This document shows, one piece after another, positions 25,646 through 32,000 of a stretch of 32,000 bases of DNA (position 1 is its first letter; each line of letters opens with the position of its first letter). This DNA is from Vibrio alginolyticus NBRC 15630 = ATCC 17749 (lineage in GTDB: Bacteria; Pseudomonadota; Gammaproteobacteria; Enterobacterales; Vibrionaceae): contig NC_022349.1 in NCBI RefSeq assembly GCF_000354175.2, positions 1,590,001 to 1,622,000 on the forward strand, written 5' to 3'. A program made the translations under genes and the position numbers. The notes under the pieces were generated by a model that saw only the letters and a list, made by a program, of their open reading frames with translations, searched no databases and was not told where the DNA came from.

Positions 25646-26593
25646 GTGAAAGATCGAATGCCTCCCTTACAGGGCTTGTATTACTTTTTCGTTGCAGCAA
25701 AGGAAGGAAGCTTTAAAACGGCAGCAAAAGAACTGTTTGTTACGCCAGCGGCCATTAGTCAGCAAATTCGTCATTTAGAAGAGTTCTTAGGCACGGACCT
25801 ATTTGTTCGTCAGCACAGAAAAATCGTGCTCACACCTGAGGGAGAGCTACTGTTTAGTCAGGCAGAAAGAGGGTTTGCTCATTTGCAGCAAGGGGTTAGA
25901 TTAGTCAATCAAGATCCAAACCCGAACCACCTTTCGATATCAACACTCCCCTCTTTCGCTCATCATTGGTTAGTCCCGAAAATTACGGCTTTTCGTCAGC
26001 GTCACCCTGATATCGCCTTGCTATTAGAACCAACCAATGATTTGGTGTCTTTTCAAGATAGCCAGATAGATTTATGTGTTCGTTACGGTTTAGGAAAGTA
26101 CCCCAATTTAGAATCACAATGGCTAATGGACGAAGCTTTTTATCCAGCTTGTCATCCGGTGTACCAGAAAGAGCACGGGATCTATAACATCGAGGATTTA
26201 AGCAAAGCTGAGCTGATTGAAGATGTTTGGCCTGATCTTGATTGGAATATGTGGTTAGCAACCTTGGGTCACTGCGCAGCAAAGCCTACCTTAAAATACA
26301 GTGGATCACATCTCGTGCTTGAGGCTGCACTATCACTTCAAGGCGTGGCATTAGTAAAACACAGTTTAGCTCATCAATATTTTCGTTCTGGCAAATTGGT
26401 CCGAATTGGAGATATCGCTATCAAGCCCAACTTTGCGTATTACTTGTGTGCGCCAAAAGGCTACTTAAAAAGACCTAAAGCTCAATTGTTTGCGCAATGG
26501 TTGAAGGAAGAAATAGAAATATTTGAAAAGTCAGTGGTACCAGACTTTAAGACCATTGACCTAAAAGGCAACAGCACTAGAACGGCATCATAA
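25646..26593 (+). CDS. LysR-family transcriptional regulator (GcvA-like subgroup)
   Basis: It begins MPPLQGLYYFFVAAKEGSFKTAAKELFVTPAAISQQIRHLEE. The GTG at 25646 has the RBS aagga 8 nt upstream, and the ATG at 25658 is an alternative start. Confidence 0.85.
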   Translation: MKDRMPPLQGLYYFFVAAKEGSFKTAAKELFVTPAAISQQIRHLEEFLGTDLFVRQHRKIVLTPEGELLFSQAERGFAHLQQGVRLVNQDPNPNHLSISTLPSFAHHWLVPKITAFRQRHPDIALLLEPTNDLVSFQDSQIDLCVRYGLGKYPNLESQWLMDEAFYPACHPVYQKEHGIYNIEDLSKAELIEDVWPDLDWNMWLATLGHCAAKPTLKYSGSHLVLEAALSLQGVALVKHSLAHQYFRSGKLVRIGDIAIKPNFAYYLCAPKGYLKRPKAQLFAQWLKEEIEIFEKSVVPDFKTIDLKGNSTRTAS

Positions 26594-26660
26594 CAATCAT
26601 CAAAACAAACGCTAAATAGGAATAAAACAAACACGCTCTGCGTATAAGACTGCTAAATAC

Positions 26661-26688
26661 AAAAAGCCCCGCACTAAGCGGGGCTTTC
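26661..26688. terminator. Bidirectional rho-independent terminator (LysR gene / EF-G gene)
   Basis: aaaaagccccgc-actaa-gcggggcttt, with a perfect GC-rich stem flanked by an A-run and a T-run. Confidence 0.8.
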
Positions 26689-26711
26689 AAGTTATAGAGT
26701 TAACTTAAGAA

Positions 26712-28802
26712 TTACTTCTTAGCATTACGCTCTTTAACGTCAGCAATTACTTGCTCTGCAACGTTTGTTGGACATGGTGCGTAGTGTGAGAACTCCATAG
26801 AGAACTGACCACGACCAGAAGTCATAGTACGTAGAGTACCGATGTAACCAAACATTTCTGATAGAGGTACATCACCCTTGATACGTACGCCAGTAGAAGC
26901 TGCTTGTTGGTCTTTGATCATACCACGACGACGGTTAAGGTCACCGATTACGTCACCAACGTGATCTTCTGGAGTGAACACGTCAACTTTCATGATTGGC
27001 TCAAGAAGTTGCGCGCCAGCTTTAGGCATAGACTGACGGAATGCACCTTTCGCTGCGATTTCGTAAGCGATAGCTGAAGAGTCAACTGCGTGGAAACCAC
27101 CGTCGAATAGTTCAACTTCAACGTCTAGAGTAGGGAAGCCAGCTAGAACACCGTGCTCCATCATTGACGCAAAGCCTTTCTCAACTGCAGGCCAGAATTC
27201 TTTAGGTACGTTACCACCAACAACTGTTGATTTGAACGTGAAGCCAGAGTTTGGCTCACCTGGTTTGATGCGGTAGTCGATCTTACCGAACTGACCAGAA
27301 CCACCAGACTGTTTCTTGTGCGTGTAGCTATCTTCGATTGCTTGAGTGATAGTTTCACGGTAAGCAACCTGTGGAGCACCAACTTCTAGCTCAACGCCGT
27401 AAGTACGCTTAAGGATATCTACCTTGATGTCTAGGTGAAGTTCACCCATACCTTTCAGGATAGTTTCGCCTGAATCTTCATCAGTCTCAACTTGGAATGA
27501 TGGATCTTCTGCAACCATTTTACCGATCGCGATACCCATCTTCTCAGAACCGCCTTTATCTTTAGGCTTAACTGCGATAGAGATTACTGGATCTGGGAAG
27601 ATCATTGGCTCAAGAGTACATTCGTGCTTAGGATCACATAGAGTGTGACCAGTTTGAACGTTCTTCATACCAACTACAGCGATGATGTCACCAGCTTGTG
27701 CTGAATCGATTTCGTTACGCTCGTCCGCGTGCATCTCAACCATACGGCCGATACGCTCTGTTTTACCAGTTGCAGAGTTAAGGATTGTGTCACCTTTCTT
27801 CATCTTACCAGAGTAGATGCGGATAAAGGTTAGAGCACCGAAGCGGTCATCCATGATCTTAAATGCAAGAGCACGTAGTGGCTCGTCTGCAGATACAGTC
27901 GCAACTTCACCAGTTGGCTCACCAGTCTCTGAATCAGTTAGAGGCTGTGGATCAACTTCTGTTGGAGATGGTAGGTAATCAATTACCGCGTCAAGAATAA
28001 GTTGGATACCTTTGTTCTTGTACGCTGAACCACAGTAAGTTGGGAAGAATGCTAGATCACGAGTACCTTTACGGATACAACGTTTGATGTCTTCTAGAGA
28101 TGGCTCTTCGCCTTCTTCTAGGTAAGCCATCATTAGATCTTCGTCTTGCTCTAGAGCAGTTTCGATTAGCATTTCACGGTATTCAGCAGCTTTCTCTACC
28201 ATGTCTGCTGGAATATCTTGAACTTCGTAGTTCTCTGGTTGGCCAGACTCATCCCATACGTAAGCTTGTTGGCTTAGTACGTCTACAACACCTACGAAAT
28301 CTTCTTCGATACCGATAGGTAGAGTCATAACTAGAGGTGTAGCACCTAGTACGTTCTGTACTTGATCTACAACTTTGTAGAAATCTGCGCCCATACGGTC
28401 TAGTTTGTTAACGAAGATCAGACGTGATACGTGTGATTCGTCAGCGTAACGCCAGTTAGTTTCTGACTGAGGCTCAACACCACCAGAACCACAGAATACA
28501 CCGATACCACCGTCAAGTACTTTTAGAGAACGGTAAACTTCGATAGTGAAGTCAACGTGTCCAGGAGTATCGATGATGTTTAGACGGTGATCGTTCCAGA
28601 AACAAGTTGTTGCTGCAGACTGGATTGTGATACCACGCTCAGCTTCCTGCTCCATGAAGTCAGTAGTAGTTGAACCGTCGTGAGTGTCACCGATCTTATG
28701 GATCTTACCAGTTAGCTTTAGGATACGCTCTGTAGAGGTAGTTTTACCCGCGTCTACGTGAGCAAAAATACCAATGTTTCTGTATTTTGATAAATCAGTC
28801 AT
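26712..28802 (-). CDS. fusA: Elongation factor G, stand-alone paralog (not in an rpsL-rpsG-fusA-tuf context)
   Basis: It has the G1 motif [10 protein letters not shown]3 DTPGHVDF and G4 NKLD, plus all five EF-G domains. It is 696 aa. No ribosomal protein genes flank it. Confidence 0.92.
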   Translation of the reverse strand: MTDLSKYRNIGIFAHVDAGKTTSTERILKLTGKIHKIGDTHDGSTTTDFMEQEAERGITIQSAATTCFWNDHRLNIIDTPGHVDFTIEVYRSLKVLDGGIGVFCGSGGVEPQSETNWRYADESHVSRLIFVNKLDRMGADFYKVVDQVQNVLGATPLVMTLPIGIEEDFVGVVDVLSQQAYVWDESGQPENYEVQDIPADMVEKAAEYREMLIETALEQDEDLMMAYLEEGEEPSLEDIKRCIRKGTRDLAFFPTYCGSAYKNKGIQLILDAVIDYLPSPTEVDPQPLTDSETGEPTGEVATVSADEPLRALAFKIMDDRFGALTFIRIYSGKMKKGDTILNSATGKTERIGRMVEMHADERNEIDSAQAGDIIAVVGMKNVQTGHTLCDPKHECTLEPMIFPDPVISIAVKPKDKGGSEKMGIAIGKMVAEDPSFQVETDEDSGETILKGMGELHLDIKVDILKRTYGVELEVGAPQVAYRETITQAIEDSYTHKKQSGGSGQFGKIDYRIKPGEPNSGFTFKSTVVGGNVPKEFWPAVEKGFASMMEHGVLAGFPTLDVEVELFDGGFHAVDSSAIAYEIAAKGAFRQSMPKAGAQLLEPIMKVDVFTPEDHVGDVIGDLNRRRGMIKDQQAASTGVRIKGDVPLSEMFGYIGTLRTMTSGRGQFSMEFSHYAPCPTNVAEQVIADVKERNAKK

Positions 28803-29017
28803 TGTCTTACTCTGTTAATAAGGTATAAAGTGCGCGCAGAGTATATCACATTCTGTCAATACTGATACCCTTGCGTGCGGATGGAAGAAAAAAAATTTTA
28901 ACGTGAAATTTCCGTCCCCAAAGCATAGTCAAACACAGCAATTTATGTACTTTATTCGCATTTTATTGAGGACGGATAGAACAGTTTGTGATTGCACAAA
29001 TACCATTCTTATGAGCA

Positions 29018-30397
29018 TTACAGCTCGTCAAAAGCCTCTATCGCTTCCGACAATTTCTTAACGCCGTGAATTTGCATGCCAGGGATGCCACCTTTCGGCA
29101 TGTTGGCTGCTGGCACGATGGCTTTCTTGAAACCATGTTTGAACGCTTCATTCAAACGCTCTTGCCCACTTGGCACTGGACGGATTTCGCCCGCAAGCCC
29201 TACCTCACCAAAAATCACCACATCTTTAGGGAGTGGACGGTCACGAAAACTCGATAAAAGCGCCATAACTAAAGCAAGATCAGCGCTTGTCTCCGTCACC
29301 TTAACACCGCCAACCACATTAACAAAGACATCTTGGTCTGCCATTTGTAAGCCACCATGCTTATGCAACACAGCGAGCAAAAGTGATAGGCGGTTCTGCT
29401 CCAAGCCGACCGCAACACGACGAGGGTTGGCTAACTGCGAGTAATCCACCAGCGCTTGAATCTCTACTAGTAGAGGGCGCGTGCCTTCCCAAACCACCAT
29501 GACTGAAGAGCCTGATGTTTCTTCTTCACCACGAGAAAGGAAGATTGCTGATGGGTTACTCACTTCCTTCAACCCTTGGCCTGTCATTGCAAAGACACCA
29601 AGCTCATTCACAGCGCCAAAACGGTTTTTATGACTACGCAAAGTGCGGAATCGGCTATCCGTTCCACCATCGAGTAGTACCGAACAGTCGATAATGTGTT
29701 CAAGAACTTTGGGGCCCGCAAGGGTACCATCTTTTGTTACATGACCAACAATAAATACCGCAACATTATTCTGTTTTGCGTATCGTGTCAGAGCCGTCGC
29801 AGATTCACGTACCTGAGCAACACTGCCAGGCGACGATTGAACATCAGAAACGTGCATCACCTGAATCGAGTCTATTACCATTATACGAGGCTGCTCTTTT
29901 TCGGCGATTTGGCAAATTTTGTCGACGTTCGTTTCCGATAGCATTTTTAAATGATCTTTCGGCAAGCCTAATCGGGAAGCACGCATTGCCACCTGCTGTA
30001 ACGACTCTTCACCGGTTACGTAAAGCGTTGGCATTTGCGCAGATAAACTACACATGGTTTGCAACAGAAGGGTTGATTTACCAGCGCCAGGGTTACCACC
30101 AATCAAAATTGCGGCACCTGGCACAACACCACCACCCAATACGCGGTCAAGCTCTTTAAACCCACTGGTGAAGCGAGGTACTTCTTGCAGATCAATTTCG
30201 GATAGCGTTTGAACCGTTGCTTCTGTTGCGGAACCAGCGTAGCCACTTAAGCGTTCGTTGCGAGCAACGGTTGGCGATGCAGCGATACGTACTTCTGTTA
30301 TCGTATTCCATGCACCACATGCGTTACACTGCCCCTGCCAACGGGGAAAGTCCGCGCCACAATCATTACAAACATACGCTCGTTTTGCTTTCGCCAT
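29018..30397 (-). CDS. radA: DNA repair protein RadA/Sms
   Basis: It has an N-terminal C4 zinc finger (CNDCGADFPRWQGQCNACGAW), Walker A GNPGAGKST, the KNRFG motif and a Lon-protease-like C-terminal domain. Confidence 0.95.
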   Translation of the reverse strand: MAKAKRAYVCNDCGADFPRWQGQCNACGAWNTITEVRIAASPTVARNERLSGYAGSATEATVQTLSEIDLQEVPRFTSGFKELDRVLGGGVVPGAAILIGGNPGAGKSTLLLQTMCSLSAQMPTLYVTGEESLQQVAMRASRLGLPKDHLKMLSETNVDKICQIAEKEQPRIMVIDSIQVMHVSDVQSSPGSVAQVRESATALTRYAKQNNVAVFIVGHVTKDGTLAGPKVLEHIIDCSVLLDGGTDSRFRTLRSHKNRFGAVNELGVFAMTGQGLKEVSNPSAIFLSRGEEETSGSSVMVVWEGTRPLLVEIQALVDYSQLANPRRVAVGLEQNRLSLLLAVLHKHGGLQMADQDVFVNVVGGVKVTETSADLALVMALLSSFRDRPLPKDVVIFGEVGLAGEIRPVPSGQERLNEAFKHGFKKAIVPAANMPKGGIPGMQIHGVKKLSEAIEAFDEL

Positions 30398-30533
30398 GAT
30401 GCCTCAATTTTTTCTACAAATGTGACTAAGCACAGCCAAGTCAGACCTGAACTGAAATGAACTATTGATATACTTAAGTATTACTTCGCTTAGCCGATAC
30501 AATTTAAAGTAACGACATACTCTAACAGAAATA

Positions 30534-32000
30534 ATGCAGCAATCTGAAATTCTCTCGCTCGCAGAACGACTCATTCCCGTTTACGGTACGAATGACTTTG
30601 ACTTTGTCCTTGGCCAACTGACCGAGGAAGAGCCGCCTTCGGCCAAAATTTTGGTTAAAATGGAACTTAACCGCTTAATGGCTCCATGCAAAAAAAGTAT
30701 TGATTTGCGAGGTCGCGTTCAAGGCGAATGTCGCGAGTATATTTTGGATGGTATTCCACATTGGTTGGATGATGTTGCTTTCAACGCTTACCATAAAAAC
30801 ATCAAAAAGTTTGGCTGCTACACGGAAGGAATGTGGGAAGCATTGGTCAACACGCGAAATAACTTTCGCGTAATGAGCAAGCGCCTTACTCAGCAAAAAA
30901 CGCAATCGTTAACGGATCCTAAAAGCCCGTTCTTAGCAGAACCCGTTCACCTAGGCTACGATTTAAAGCGCCAAGAAAAACGCTTGAAAGTCCAATCTCA
31001 AGTTGAAATTTGCCGTTCTAAAGGACAGCTTCTTCATGGATTAAGCATTGATTTATCTAGCTCTGGCGCAAAGTTCAAAGTCCCTAGCGCATTTAAATAT
31101 AACCTTGGGGAAATTATTCAGGTCACGTTTACTGAATTTGCCAGCAAATCTAACGTTGCAGGTATAGAGAAACCGCTTGCATACCGCATACTCGCGGTTG
31201 ATGACTGTTACGAAAATGACTCAGTTCGATACCTCAGAACCATACGCTTAACTGATACCAATGTCGTCACCAGAGTGATAGATGAAGCGCTCAACAGTGC
31301 TGTTAAAAGGGCTCGTCACGACAATCAAGACAAGATTATTCGAGCTCGAACTCGCGGTTATGAGCACATCGCACTAAAGCACACCAGCAGCTTGCCTCTA
31401 TTCTTTGATGGTAGTGACCTAAAATTAGCAATGTTAACGCCAAACAATCAAAAGCTTTGGCAATACTGGCACGATGAGAGAAACCAGCAAATGTTTGGTT
31501 CCTTATTCAACGAGCAACGCATCGCGTCACTCATTAAGCCTGGTGTTAAAGGAACAACCAATGTCCTTTATTCATTTACTCACGAGCACGAGAATCGAAC
31601 CTATTTCTATTCGATGTTTCGCCCAGAAGCAACTCGCGAACAGCGCCAGCTATTTTGGCATTTAGGTGGCAAACGAGAGAGTTGGCGCGCCTTTAGAATT
31701 TCAATCTTTGAACTATCAGAGCAAGAACAGGAAGACCTAGCAGCATTCTCTCCAGAGTTGGCAGAAACGTCTCAATCACTGACCCATATTGGTATTTTGC
31801 AAGAAATTGCTGACGAAAAGTCAGGGCAGGATTACCTGCTAACTGAAAAGCCGCGCTTACCCGCTAATACATTAAACGCGTTTCGCCATCCGAGAAGAGT
31901 TATCGGCAATCCAAAGGGCATTTATTTTGATGCAAAGTCTCGTCGAAAAGAGCCTCGTTATCGTTTTAAAACACCTTTAGAGTTGTACTCAGGACAGACT
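30534..32000 (+). CDS. PilZ-domain protein (c-di-GMP receptor candidate), 3'-truncated by the window edge
   Basis: This ORF is not in the supplied track because no stop falls inside the window. My own translation from the ATG at 30534 (in-frame TAA at 30510-30512 upstream) stays open for 489 codons to position 32000. PilZ motifs are RQEKR (30969-30983) plus DLSSSG (31050-31067). A second RxxxR (RKEPR, 31944-31958) lies near the window edge. Confidence 0.75.
   Translation, partial: MQQSEILSLAERLIPVYGTNDFDFVLGQLTEEEPPSAKILVKMELNRLMAPCKKSIDLRGRVQGECREYILDGIPHWLDDVAFNAYHKNIKKFGCYTEGMWEALVNTRNNFRVMSKRLTQQKTQSLTDPKSPFLAEPVHLGYDLKRQEKRLKVQSQVEICRSKGQLLHGLSIDLSSSGAKFKVPSAFKYNLGEIIQVTFTEFASKSNVAGIEKPLAYRILAVDDCYENDSVRYLRTIRLTDTNVVTRVIDEALNSAVKRARHDNQDKIIRARTRGYEHIALKHTSSLPLFFDGSDLKLAMLTPNNQKLWQYWHDERNQQMFGSLFNEQRIASLIKPGVKGTTNVLYSFTHEHENRTYFYSMFRPEATREQRQLFWHLGGKRESWRAFRISIFELSEQEQEDLAAFSPELAETSQSLTHIGILQEIADEKSGQDYLLTEKPRLPANTLNAFRHPRRVIGNPKGIYFDAKSRRKEPRYRFKTPLELYSGQT

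Noticed and set aside
29066-30399. Plus-strand ORFs inside radA (29066-29257, 29076-29444, 29696-29941, 29776-30159, 30217-30399)
   Set aside because: They are antisense to radA, which is supported end to end by zinc-finger, Walker A, KNRFG and Lon-like motifs.
30675-30905. 76-aa minus-strand ORF
   Set aside because: It is antisense to the long uninterrupted PilZ-domain reading frame, with no RBS or domain features.

Overview
The gene content and synteny look like chromosome I of a Vibrionaceae genome (inference only, no search was run). Most of the window is conserved housekeeping DNA. It holds dapD; a contiguous glycerol/glycerol-3-phosphate supercluster (glpQ-glpT on the minus strand, glpF-glpK, glpR, glpD) with recurring TTCG-type candidate GlpR operators; zntB; an IS200/IS1004-like insertion flanked by two near-identical hairpins; nnrS with a candidate NsrR palindrome; a GGCT-like gene; a small OM barrel; LacI and LysR regulators; chrA; an acyl-CoA-ligase-like gene; a DUF1127/LysR pair; a stand-alone EF-G paralog; radA; and a 3'-truncated PilZ-domain gene that the ORF track misses. 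The stretch worth a second look is a visibly AT-richer islet at about 18.0-23.5 kb. It contains a VpsT/CsgD-type LuxR regulator with a variant c-di-GMP motif (WLPR). A 570-bp AT-rich control region separates it from a divergent 4-gene operon. That operon encodes (i) a Sec-secreted 309-aa protein with about 10 S(F/H/N)N(D/N)NS(D) repeats and a Q/N/G-rich C-terminal motif, (ii) a 107-aa secreted or lipidated protein ending in the same motif, (iii) a Sec-signal-bearing stand-alone C39 cysteine peptidase with an intact Q-C-H-D arrangement, and (iv) a 188-aa secreted protein whose signal peptide is followed by a double-glycine-leader-like segment. A convergent outer-membrane beta-barrel gene follows. 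I read this as a candidate Fap-like (non-curli) secreted amyloid or matrix-fibre system. This is a hypothesis from motif-level evidence and needs HMM, structure and experimental tests. I saw no CRISPR array, tRNA or rRNA, and no recognisable defence system.
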